Below the pieces are notes generated by a model. The model did not search any database and was not told the origin of the DNA. It saw nothing but the letters and a program-made list of their open reading frames with translations. A program made the position numbers and the translations under genes. Of a stretch of 51,545 nt of DNA, positions 16,716 to 25,984 are shown in pieces (within the stretch, counting starts at the first letter, position 1; every line of letters starts with the position of its first letter). Where the stretch lies: positions 1-51,545 of the forward strand of contig JBDTZG010000040.1 in NCBI GenBank assembly GCA_040005235.1. Direction: 5' to 3'. The DNA comes from Acidobacteriota bacterium. Its GTDB lineage: Bacteria > Acidobacteriota > Thermoanaerobaculia > Multivoradales > UBA5704.

Positions 16716-18389
16716 CTAGAACAGCCCCACCACCTTGCCGTTCTCGTCCAGGTCGATCGCCTGCGCTGACGGGACTTTCGGCAGGCCGGGCATGGTCATG
16801 ATGTCGCCGCAGACCATGACCACGAACTCGGCTCCTGCCGCCAGGCGCACCTCGCGGACGTCGAGCTTGTAGCCGGTGGGCGCCGCGCGCTTGGTGGCGT
16901 CGGTCGAGAACGAGTATTGGGTCTTGGCCACGCAGACCGGATAGTGGCCGTAGCCATCGGCTTGGAGGCGCTCGATCTGAGTGCGCGCCTTGCTGTCGAC
17001 GGTGACGCCGTCGGCGCGGTAGATGGTCTTCGCGATCTTTTCGACCTTCTCCATCAAGGTGTCGGAATCCTCGTAGACGAAGCGGAACGTCGAAGGGCGC
17101 TCGCAGAGCTCGACCACGATGTTCGCGAGATCGGTCGCTCCCGCTCCCCCATCCGCCCAATGGGTGGCGAGCGCCACCTTCACGCCGAGCTTTGCCATCT
17201 TCTCTTCGACCAGGGCGATCTCGGCCGCGGTGTCGGAAGAGAACCGGTTGATCGCCACAACGGTCGCGAGGCCGTAGCCGTTCTGGACGTTTTCGACATG
17301 GCGTTCGAGGTTCACGAGCCCCTTCTCCAACGCGTCGAGGTTCTCGGTGGTGAGCGTCTTCAAGTCGGCGCCGCCGTGATACTTGAGCGCGCGGATGGTG
17401 GCCACGACCACCGCGGCCGAGGGGCGAAGGCCCGACTTGCGGCACTTGATGTCGATGAACTTCTCGGCGCCCAGATCCGCGCCGAAGCCGGCTTCGGTGA
17501 CCACGTAGTCGGCGAGCTTGAGCGCGGCTTTCGTCGCGATCACCGAGTTGCAACCGTGTGCGATGTTGGCGAACGGCCCGCCGTGGAGGATCGCCGGATT
17601 GTTCTCGAGCGTCTGCACCAGGTTCGGCTGGAGTGCGTCCTTGAGCAGCACGGTCATCGCGCCATGCGCTTTCAAGTCGCGGGCGTGGATCGGCTTGCGG
17701 TCGCGGGTGTAGGCGACGACGATGTTGCCCAGCCGTTCCTTCAAATCGGCGAGCGAGGTGGAAAGGCAGAAGATCGCCATCACTTCAGAAGCGACCACGA
17801 TGTCGAACCCGTCCTGGCGCGGAAAGCCGTTGCCGAAGCCGCCGAGGGAGACCACGATCTCGCGCAGCGCGCGATCGTTCATGTCGACCACCCGCTTCCA
17901 GGTGATCCGCCGGACGTCGATCCCCAGCTCGTTACCGTGGTGGATGTGGTTGTCGAGTAGCGCGGCGAGCAGATTGTTGGCGAGGCCGATGGCATTGAAA
18001 TCGCCGGTGAAGTGGAGGTTGATGTCCTCCATCGGCACCACCTGGGCGAAGCCGCCGCCGGCCGCTCCCCCCTTCATCCCGAACACCGGTCCAAGGCTCG
18101 GCTCGCGCAAGCAGATCAGCGCCTTCTTGCCGATCTTGTTGAGCGCGTCGCCCAGGCCCACCGATGTCGTGGTCTTGCCCTCGCCCGCGGGGGTGGGGGT
18201 CATCGCGGTGACCAGGATTAGCTTGCCGTCCGGCCGATCTTTCAAGCCCGCGAGGTAGTCGAGCGAGATTTTCGCCTTGTAGTGGCCGTAAGGTACCAGA
18301 TGTTCCTCGGCGATCCCGAGACGCTCCTGGGCAATTCCTGCCACGCGCTTGAGCGTTGCCTTCTGTGCGATTTCGATATCCGACGCCAT
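16716..18389 (-). CDS. fhs: Formate--tetrahydrofolate ligase
   Basis: [54 protein letters not shown] and IMTMPGLP motifs. ATG at 18389 follows GGAGGGAG; 557 aa. Confidence 0.97.
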   Translation of the reverse strand: MASDIEIAQKATLKRVAGIAQERLGIAEEHLVPYGHYKAKISLDYLAGLKDRPDGKLILVTAMTPTPAGEGKTTTSVGLGDALNKIGKKALICLREPSLGPVFGMKGGAAGGGFAQVVPMEDINLHFTGDFNAIGLANNLLAALLDNHIHHGNELGIDVRRITWKRVVDMNDRALREIVVSLGGFGNGFPRQDGFDIVVASEVMAIFCLSTSLADLKERLGNIVVAYTRDRKPIHARDLKAHGAMTVLLKDALQPNLVQTLENNPAILHGGPFANIAHGCNSVIATKAALKLADYVVTEAGFGADLGAEKFIDIKCRKSGLRPSAAVVVATIRALKYHGGADLKTLTTENLDALEKGLVNLERHVENVQNGYGLATVVAINRFSSDTAAEIALVEEKMAKLGVKVALATHWADGGAGATDLANIVVELCERPSTFRFVYEDSDTLMEKVEKIAKTIYRADGVTVDSKARTQIERLQADGYGHYPVCVAKTQYSFSTDATKRAAPTGYKLDVREVRLAAGAEFVVMVCGDIMTMPGLPKVPSAQAIDLDENGKVVGLF

Positions 18390-18572
18390 GCTCCCTCCGA
18401 GGGACGATTTGCGGCGAAACAAGAGGCTTGCCGAAAGCTCCGCGCTGACGGCAGACTCGACGCGATGAAAACGGTGCCAAGTATCCCATTCAGCCGCCTC
18501 CGCGGCCACCCTTTTCGTCCGGCGGTTCGAATCTTGCGTACACCACCCTCATCCACGCATTTTCGGCGGGTC

Positions 18573-18599
18573 GAACCCCGGGGCGTGGAGTATCCGTCT
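18573..18599 (+). promoter_or_regulatory. Possible ECF-sigma promoter
   Basis: GAACCC-N16-CGTCT about 30 bp upstream of the ATG at 18632. Confidence 0.3.
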
Positions 18600-18631
18600 G
18601 CTATAGAAACCGAATCTGAGGAGAACCGACC

Positions 18632-19066
18632 ATGTTCCGACGCTTCACCCTCGCCTTTGCCTTTGTCGCACTTTTTGCCGCCCTCGCCGCTCCCGCGGCA
18701 CAGGCGACCGATTGCACCATGAAATTCAACCTCACCAGCTGGTCGATCTTCTATAAGGCCAGCAAAGGATCCGGCACGATCACCTGCAACAACGGCCAGT
18801 CGGCGAACGTTCGCCTCGTAGGCCGAGGCGGCGGCCTGACCGCCGGCCGCTCGAAGGTCCGCGACGGCTTCGGCAAGTTCTCTGAAGTCGGCGACATCAA
18901 GGAGCTGTTCGGAGCCTACGCCGCGGGAGGCGCCGCGGCGGGAGCCGGTAAATCGTCCGAAGCCCAGGTGGTCACCAAGGGCGAAGTGTCGTTGGCCCTC
19001 GCCGGCAACGGAACGGGCGTCGAATTGGGCGTCAGCTTCGGGAAGTTCACCATCAGTCGCCGATAA
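18632..19066 (+). CDS. Secreted Gly-rich small beta protein (EipA/DUF1134-like)
   Basis: Signal peptide (AQA-TD), GSGTITC, GGGLT.G and LFGAYA motifs. GAGGAG RBS. Confidence 0.7.
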   Translation: MFRRFTLAFAFVALFAALAAPAAQATDCTMKFNLTSWSIFYKASKGSGTITCNNGQSANVRLVGRGGGLTAGRSKVRDGFGKFSEVGDIKELFGAYAAGGAAAGAGKSSEAQVVTKGEVSLALAGNGTGVELGVSFGKFTISRR

Positions 19067-19164
19067 CCAGCCGCGGCCGCGGTTGGGCCGCTATCGGCAA
19101 TCCCCTGCTTCTTTCGACGTCTGAATTCGGAATGCGGCGAGTGAGCCGCGAATTCAAAGGACCG

Positions 19165-19420
19165 CGAGCCGCTATGGACGGCGGAGATCGGCTATTGGGC
19201 GCTTGAGCTCAGCGATTTCCGCCCTAAAGCGGCTATCGGCTCCGTAGGGCCGCTCTCGCGCGCAACATCGCGGAGATCGGAGCTGGATAACCGTAGTTCG
19301 CCGTCGAGAGCCGCTCTACACGGCGACATACCGGCACTCCCCGCTGGATAGCCACGTTCGGCGCCGCAGGGCCGCTATCCGTCGAGACATAGCCGCGATC
19401 GGCGCTCGAAAGCGGCTATT
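19165..19420. repeat. Degenerate non-coding tandem array, ~20-21 bp units with 61-bp higher-order period
   Basis: GCTAT-like cores at 19171, 19191, 19212, 19232, 19252, 19273, 19293, 19313, 19334, 19354, 19374, 19395 and 19415. ACAT recurs at 19265, 19326 and 19387; GCTGGATA at 19282 and 19343. Confidence 0.7.
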
Positions 19421-19475
19421 CACGGGCGTTCCCCTTGGCAAGATTATGCGGACCTGCATTATGCTGATCGGCATA

Positions 19476-20906
19476 ATGTTTTTCGTCAACCGACTCGAAG
19501 AGCTCGCCCGCCTAGACCGGCTCGCCGTCTCCGACGATGGAGGACTCGCGGTCGTCTATGGTCGGCGCAGGGTCGGCAAGACTCGCCTTCTCCTCGAATG
19601 GGCGGAACGGCACGACGGTCTTTACACCGTGGCGGACCAATCGACACCCGATCTGCAGCGCCGGTATTTCGCCGAAGCGGTGGCCCAACGGCTGGGCAAT
19701 TTCGCCGAGGTCGAATATCGCGATTGGCGCTCTCTCCTTTCTCGCTTGGCGCGAGAAGCGAAAGCCGCGGGATGGCGCGGGCCGTTGATCCTCGACGAGC
19801 TGCCCTATCTGGTGCTCGCCTCGCCGGAGTTACCGAGCGTCCTCCAACGCTGGGTCGACCACGAGGCGCGCGATGCGAAGTTGACCGTCGCCATTGCGGG
19901 CTCCAGTCAACGGATGATGCAGGGCCTGGTGCTCGCCGGCAACGCGCCTCTATTCGGACGGGCGCGGGAGATCCTCGACCTTCAGCCGCTCTCTCCGCGC
20001 CACCTGCCGGACGCCTTTCCGAGTGGCAAAGCGTCCACGTGGATCGATCTCTACACCGCTTGGGGCGGGATTCCCCGTTACTGGGAGCTGGCGCTCGGCG
20101 CGGGTCGCGAGGTCGTCGACCAGATCGAGGCCCTGGCTCTCGATCCGCTCGGGGCTCTCCATCGGGAACCGGATCGCCTGCTGCTAGAGGAGGTGCCTTC
20201 GGCGCTCGAAGTCCGCCCCCTCCTCGAAGCGATCGGCGCCGGAGCGCATCGGGTGTCCGAGATCGCGGGCCGCCTGGGACGACCAGCCACCTCGATGGCC
20301 CGACCCCTGGAGCGTCTGCTCGGCCTGGGGCTGATCCGTCGCGAAGCGCCGTTCGGCGACAGCGAGAAAGGGAGCAAACGGGCAATCTACAAGATCGCCG
20401 ACCCCTTCACGAGGCTCTGGTTTCGCGTCGTGGCACCCTACCGGGCGCAACTCGCGAGCGGCTCAACCGTGGCGCGGTTCCAACTTCTCGCCCGCTTCTG
20501 GGATGCTCTCCGGGCGGAAGCCTGGGAAGATCTCTGCCGCCTCCTCGTACCCCGTGTCTCGGAAGAAACCCCTCTCGGCGCTCTCGGCCCCTGGGGTCCC
20601 GCTTCGCGCTGGTGGCAGAAAGAAGCCCCGGAGTGGGACGTGATCAGCGAGTCGATCGATAGCGAGCGGTTGCTGCTCGGAGAGGTGAAATGGAGCGCGA
20701 AACCGTTCGACGCCCGAGCGCTCGCCCAGGCGATCGGCGAGCTGGCCGCGAGGCCGGCTCCCCCGCTGCCGCCGAGGTATGCGAGCCTGGATATCGTGCG
20801 GACGCTGTTCGTTCCAGAGATCGCGAGCCGCGCGAGACCTGAGTCCCGAGAAGGCGTGCTCGTCGTGGCTCTGGCCGATCTTATCGAGCCCGATCGTTCG
20901 AGATAG
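19476..20906 (+). CDS. Archaeal-type AAA ATPase with winged helix and C-terminal DUF234/PD-(D/E)xK-like domain
   Basis: FVNRLEEL, Walker A GRRRVGKT, Walker B LILDELPY, IAGS, WGGIPRY, YKIADPF and EWDVI...GEVKWS. Start is at 19476 or 19446. Confidence 0.85.
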   Translation: MFFVNRLEELARLDRLAVSDDGGLAVVYGRRRVGKTRLLLEWAERHDGLYTVADQSTPDLQRRYFAEAVAQRLGNFAEVEYRDWRSLLSRLAREAKAAGWRGPLILDELPYLVLASPELPSVLQRWVDHEARDAKLTVAIAGSSQRMMQGLVLAGNAPLFGRAREILDLQPLSPRHLPDAFPSGKASTWIDLYTAWGGIPRYWELALGAGREVVDQIEALALDPLGALHREPDRLLLEEVPSALEVRPLLEAIGAGAHRVSEIAGRLGRPATSMARPLERLLGLGLIRREAPFGDSEKGSKRAIYKIADPFTRLWFRVVAPYRAQLASGSTVARFQLLARFWDALRAEAWEDLCRLLVPRVSEETPLGALGPWGPASRWWQKEAPEWDVISESIDSERLLLGEVKWSAKPFDARALAQAIGELAARPAPPLPPRYASLDIVRTLFVPEIASRARPESREGVLVVALADLIEPDRSR

Positions 20907-20956
20907 CAGGTCGGGCGATTGCCAAGAATCCCGGCGTTGGCAGGCGGTGCTCGCCA

Positions 20957-21210
20957 CTGGAGCAGGCCGCTGAAGCGCTGGGTGTCTCAAAGGATGAGCT
21001 CGCCGAATCGGCTATTGAGCGAGGGGGACTTCGAAGATCCTCTCCGATCCCGCTATGCCGAGTCTCCAGACGCCTATGGCATAGGAGCCCTCTTTGGCCA
21101 CCCCGTGGAACGAGGATGATCCTCGCGATGCGGCCGTAATCGTTCAGAACCTCACCGACATCCTCAGCAAGATCGCACAGCAGGCTCGTTTTCGGCGAAC
21201 GACCCGACAG
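20957..21210 (+). pseudogene. Decayed RHH-like antitoxin fragment plus truncated N-terminus of a probable Fic-family gene
   Basis: The frame from 20957 reads LEQAAEALGVSKDELAESAIE with no start codon. TTG at 21094 (after AGGAG) reads ATPWNEDDPRDAAVIVQNLTDILSKIAQQARFRR and then runs into a REP-like element. The Fic assignment is from memory of similar N-termini; no catalytic motif is present. Confidence 0.35.
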
Positions 21211-21287
21211 GTAGACCCGGGCTCCAGCACGGCCGCTTTGACGATCGCGGCCGCCTCGGTGCCGAGCTGGTGCTCGGCGCTCCCAGG
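21211..21287. repeat. Inverted pair of REP-like palindromes (REPIN/BIME-like)
   Basis: GTAGACCCGGGCTCCAGCACGGC (21211-21233) and, inverted, GGAGCGCCGAGCACCAGCTCGGC (21283-21261). 14 of 17 bases match in the core, and the second has a perfect 7-bp stem. Confidence 0.55.
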
Positions 21288-21335
21288 GAAAGGCGCTGTT
21301 TACCGACCGTTATCGATGAGGCGAGGTCCTCTTTC

Positions 21336-22559
21336 CTACTCGAACCGCAGCGCCTCCACCGGATCGAGCCTGGCGGCCCTTGCCGCCGGGTAGCTGCCGA
21401 AGAAAGCTCCCACCAGGGAGGAGAAGCCGAGCGAAAGGGCGACCGCCCACCAGGGGACGTGGGCGGCGGGAAAATTGCCCGGCAAGACCTTGGCGATCGC
21501 GACCCCGAGTCCATAGCCGAAGGCGAGTCCGATCAGTCCTCCGATCGCGGAGAGCAGCAAAGCCTCGATCAGGAACTGGAGCAGGATGTCGCCACGCTTG
21601 GCGCCGAGCGCCTTGCGGACGCCGATCTCGCGTGTCCGCTCGGTCACCGAGACGAGCATGATGTTCATGATGCCGATGCCGCCGACCAGCAGCGCGATGC
21701 CCACGACGCCGCCGACCACCGCGGTGACACCGCCCAAGATCGTGCCGACCGTCTTGAGAATGTCGTCCTGGGTCTGGATCTGGAAGTCGTCTTTCTGTCC
21801 GGCCACCAGGCGGTGGCGCTGGCGCAGCAAGGCCTGGATGCCGTCCTTGACCGGCTCGACCGCTTCGGAATCCACGGTCTTCAAACGGAGCTGCACCTGA
21901 TCCCCCGCGGTGCGGCCGAATAGGGAGAGCGCCGAGTCGAACGGCACGAAAGCCAGGTCGTCGAGATCGATGCCGAGGCTTTCCCCCCGCTCTTCCATGA
22001 TCCCGATCACCGTGACGGGCAAGTCGCCGATGTAGATCTCCCGGCCAATCGGTTGGCGACCGAGGCCGAGCTCATCGACGACTTTGCGGCCGATGCAGGT
22101 CACCTTTCGCCGGTTCTCCAGGTCGACCCGGGAGAGGAAGCGTCCCTCCCCCACGGCGTGGTTCATGATCTCTTGCCAGTTCTCATTCACGCCCAGCACG
22201 AACTGCGGCTTGTGCTGCCGGTCGAGGTAGCGCAAGTCGCGCCCCCCGGCGATCACCGGGGTGATCAGCGTCACGCCGGGGACTCGCTTGGCGATCTCTT
22301 GACCGTCTTGCCAGGTGAGCTTGATGGGCCGGGTGAAAACCCCCGGGCGCTCCTGCTCGATGTCGGGGACGACCACCATGAAATTGGCGCCGACCCCTTG
22401 CAGCTCGCTGGTGATCATGAACTGGAGGCCCTGGACGATCGAGACCACGGCGATCACCGCGCCGACGCCGATCACGATGCCGAGCGCGGTGAGCAGCGAG
22501 CGCACCTTGTTGGCGCGCAGGGAGTCGAGCGAGACGCGGAAATTTTCGCCTAGATGCAT
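21336..22559 (-). CDS. ABC transporter permease, MacB/FtsX family
   Basis: RSLLTALGIVIGV and LLVGGIGIMNIMLVSVTERTREIGVRKALGA; ends YPAARAARLDPVEALRFE. Confidence 0.95.
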   Translation of the reverse strand: MHLGENFRVSLDSLRANKVRSLLTALGIVIGVGAVIAVVSIVQGLQFMITSELQGVGANFMVVVPDIEQERPGVFTRPIKLTWQDGQEIAKRVPGVTLITPVIAGGRDLRYLDRQHKPQFVLGVNENWQEIMNHAVGEGRFLSRVDLENRRKVTCIGRKVVDELGLGRQPIGREIYIGDLPVTVIGIMEERGESLGIDLDDLAFVPFDSALSLFGRTAGDQVQLRLKTVDSEAVEPVKDGIQALLRQRHRLVAGQKDDFQIQTQDDILKTVGTILGGVTAVVGGVVGIALLVGGIGIMNIMLVSVTERTREIGVRKALGAKRGDILLQFLIEALLLSAIGGLIGLAFGYGLGVAIAKVLPGNFPAAHVPWWAVALSLGFSSLVGAFFGSYPAARAARLDPVEALRFE

Positions 22560-22568
22560 CGCGCGGGC

Positions 22569-23801
22569 CTATTCAAAGCGGAGCGCTTCGATCGGATCGA
22601 GCCGCGCCGCGCGGCTCGCCGGATAGCTGCCGAAGAAGATTCCAACCCCCGCCGAGAACGCGAACGCGAGCCCTACCGCCCAGAGCGGTACGTGGGCGGG
22701 AGGCCAATCGCCGGGAAGGACCTTTGCGAGCAGCGCGCCGAATCCCCAGCCGAGGGCGAGGCCGATCCCGCCGCCGACCGAAGACAGGGTGATCGCCTCG
22801 ACCAGGAACTGCACCAGGATGTCCCGCTTGCGTGCTCCCACCGCTTTCCTGACGCCGATCTCGCGCGTCCGTTCGCGCACCGAGACCAGCATGATGTTCA
22901 TGATGCCGATGCCGCCGACCAGGAGCGCGATGCCCACGACCCCTGCGACCACCCCGGTGATCGAACCCAGAATGGTCTGGGTCGAGCGGAGGATCTCGTC
23001 TTGCACCCGGATGCGGAAGTCGTCGGGTTGGCCCTTGGCGATCTTGTGGCGCTGGCGAAGGATCGAGGAGATCGAGTCGCGCACCTGCGGGATCTGCGCA
23101 ACCGACTCGACCTGCAGGCGCAACCGCACCAGGTCGCGCGCGTTGCGGCCGAACAGCAACACGGCCGCATCGAACGGCACGAACACCAGATCGTCGAGAT
23201 CCTCGCCCAGCGTCTGCCCCTTCTTCTCCATCACACCGATCACCGTTGCGGCGTAACGACCGACGTAGATCTCCTTGCCGAGCGGGTCGGACCCCAGGCC
23301 CAGCTCGCGGATCGTGGTCCGGCCGATCACCACTACATTTCTCCGCTTCTCCAGGTCGATCCGCGATAGAAACCGGCCGCTCTCGACCGCGTGGTTGCGC
23401 ACCTCAGGCCAGTTCTCGTTGACGCCGAGAATCAGGTTCGGCATATGCGAGCGGTCTTTGTACTTGAGCGCGATCTTGCCCAATACCACCGGAGTCATGA
23501 TCCGAATACCGGGAGCTCTTTTTTGAATCGCCTGGTAATCGTCATAGGTCAGCCGGACCTGGCGCGGCACGAGGCCCGGCCCCTGGTTTTGCCGATCGCC
23601 GAAATCCGGGCTCACCTCCATGAAGGTGGCGCCGACCCCTTGCAGCTCGCGGGTCACCAGAAATTGCAGCCCCTGGACCAGCGAGACCACCGAGATCACG
23701 GCGGCGACGCCGATGATGATCCCGAGGGTCGTCAGCAGCGACCGCAGCTTGTTGGCGCGGATCGCCGAAAGCGCTAAGCGAAAATTCTCGGCGACGATCA
23801 C
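22569..23801 (-). CDS. ABC transporter permease, MacB/FtsX family (paralog)
   Basis: Same signature motifs as the neighbouring permease. GTG start. Confidence 0.95.
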   Translation of the reverse strand: MIVAENFRLALSAIRANKLRSLLTTLGIIIGVAAVISVVSLVQGLQFLVTRELQGVGATFMEVSPDFGDRQNQGPGLVPRQVRLTYDDYQAIQKRAPGIRIMTPVVLGKIALKYKDRSHMPNLILGVNENWPEVRNHAVESGRFLSRIDLEKRRNVVVIGRTTIRELGLGSDPLGKEIYVGRYAATVIGVMEKKGQTLGEDLDDLVFVPFDAAVLLFGRNARDLVRLRLQVESVAQIPQVRDSISSILRQRHKIAKGQPDDFRIRVQDEILRSTQTILGSITGVVAGVVGIALLVGGIGIMNIMLVSVRERTREIGVRKAVGARKRDILVQFLVEAITLSSVGGGIGLALGWGFGALLAKVLPGDWPPAHVPLWAVGLAFAFSAGVGIFFGSYPASRAARLDPIEALRFE

Positions 23802-23843
23802 GAGCGGCCCGTTCGGCGCAGGGGAATGAAGAAGTCGGCGGCG

Positions 23844-24548
<705 letters not shown>

Positions 24549-24553
24549 GGGCT

Positions 24554-25819
24554 CTACTCCTCGTCCTTTTCTTTCTTGTCCCGATCCTTCTCTCGCGCCT
24601 TGCGGCGATCTTCCGCCTCGGACGTCGTGCTCACCTGAACCAAATCGCCGTCCTTCAAATCGCGCAGGGTGCGATAGGGACCGGTGATCATCTTGGCTCC
24701 GGCATCGATCCCTTTGAGGATTTCGATGTGGGTCTCGTCGGACAGGCCGAGTATCACCGGCCGCTGGCGCGCCTTGCCGTTCTCGACCACGAACGCGACC
24801 TTCACCTCTTCGTTGCCCGCCGGCCCTTCGAGCGGCTTGCCGGAGGCGTCCAGGGGCGTCCGCTCGACGACCGACTGGATCGGCACCACCAGAGCGTTGG
24901 CGTGGGCTTCGGCGCGGATCGAAGCGCGCACCGACATGCCGGGGCGAAGCGCCTCGTCGGCGTCGTCGAGCTGAATCTTGACCTCGAAGAACGTGACGTC
25001 CGGCTGCTGCGGGCGCGAGGAGCCGGAGCTGCCCACTTCGACCACGTGCCCGTGGTACTCGCGTGCGGAGACCGCGTCGACCTTCAAGGTCGCCGCCTGG
25101 CCGGGGTGGATGTTGACCACCTCGGTCTCATCGACGTCGACCTTCGCCAGGATCTCGGACAGGTCGGCGATCACGCCGATGATCGAAGCCGGGTTGTTCA
25201 TCGTGCCGAATACGACGACCTCGCCCTGCTCGGCGTCGAGCCGGATGACCCGGCCGGTGATCGGCGCGTAGATCGTCGTCTTGGCCAGATCGGTCTTCGC
25301 CTGGTCGAGACTCGCGCTCGCCTGGGTGATCGCATCCCGCGCTTCATCGACGCTGAGCTTTGCCGACGACTCGGCGAGCTGAGCGGCTTCGAGCTGCTCC
25401 TGCGACACGACCCCTTCGCCCGCCAGACGCTTCGCGCGGTCGAGCCGCAGGCGGCTGTCGGCGAGATTCACCTCGGATTTGTGGGTGGCGGTCCGGGCGC
25501 TCGCCAGCTGGGCGGTGAAGCGGTCGCGGGCCGACAGGTAGGTGTCCTTTTCCAGGTCGAGAAACGGCTGGCCGGCGCGGATCGAATCGCCCTCGTGAAC
25601 GTAGAGCTTGAGGATCTTGCCCACCACGTGCGAGGAGAGGTTCACCTTCTCCTTCGGGTCGATCGAACCGGTGGCCTTGACCACCTGGACGATCTCCCGG
25701 CGCTTCGCCTCTTCGACGTAAACCTTCGGACCCTGCTTGCCTTTGTTGGCGCGCAGACTCGCGAACACGATCCCGCCGATCGCCAGGGCGACGACCAGAC
25801 CGATCAGAACCCGCTTCAT
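24554..25819 (-). CDS. Efflux periplasmic adaptor subunit (MacA-like)
   Basis: N-terminal TM, coiled-coil hairpin, [15 protein letters not shown] and LRPGMS. ATG at 25819 follows GGAGA. Confidence 0.9.
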   Translation of the reverse strand: MKRVLIGLVVALAIGGIVFASLRANKGKQGPKVYVEEAKRREIVQVVKATGSIDPKEKVNLSSHVVGKILKLYVHEGDSIRAGQPFLDLEKDTYLSARDRFTAQLASARTATHKSEVNLADSRLRLDRAKRLAGEGVVSQEQLEAAQLAESSAKLSVDEARDAITQASASLDQAKTDLAKTTIYAPITGRVIRLDAEQGEVVVFGTMNNPASIIGVIADLSEILAKVDVDETEVVNIHPGQAATLKVDAVSAREYHGHVVEVGSSGSSRPQQPDVTFFEVKIQLDDADEALRPGMSVRASIRAEAHANALVVPIQSVVERTPLDASGKPLEGPAGNEEVKVAFVVENGKARQRPVILGLSDETHIEILKGIDAGAKMITGPYRTLRDLKDGDLVQVSTTSEAEDRRKAREKDRDKKEKDEE

Positions 25820-25901
25820 CGACGTCTCCCTCTCCGGATCAGCGGAGGCTTCCAAGGGCGGTACAACCGAGCGCCCAGAACACCAGGAATCCGGACACCC
25901 A

Positions 25902-25935
25902 GGAGGGTTTTTCGCGGACCTCGCGAAAGACCTCC
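25902..25935. other. Intra-operon stem-loop between the TolC and adaptor genes
   Basis: GGAGGGTTTTTCGCG...CGCGAAAGACCTCC imperfect inverted repeat. Confidence 0.35.
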
Positions 25936-25984
25936 CCCGGGGCCCTTAAGACCCGCAACAGACGACCCACCGCCTGGATCAAAC

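Noticed and set aside
18521-18545. tRNA-like GGTTCGAATC...ACCA fragment (possible att site)
   Set aside because: The T-stem does not pair and the spacing to CCA is too short. No cloverleaf and no integrase.
18390-18631. THF or ZTP riboswitch upstream of fhs (TGAATGGGAT seen on the minus strand)
   Set aside because: The other conserved elements (GCGTTAAGTG and ACGAA for THF; GCCTGGGCA for ZTP) are not found. An Infernal/Rfam scan would settle it.
19165-19420. CRISPR array
   Set aside because: No identical repeats separated by unique spacers and no cas genes. Reported instead as a degenerate periodic array.
19434-20926. CTTGGCAA / TTGCCAAG inverted ends flanking the ATPase as transposon termini
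   Set aside because: Only 8 bp, no target-site duplication seen and no transposase. Could be chance.
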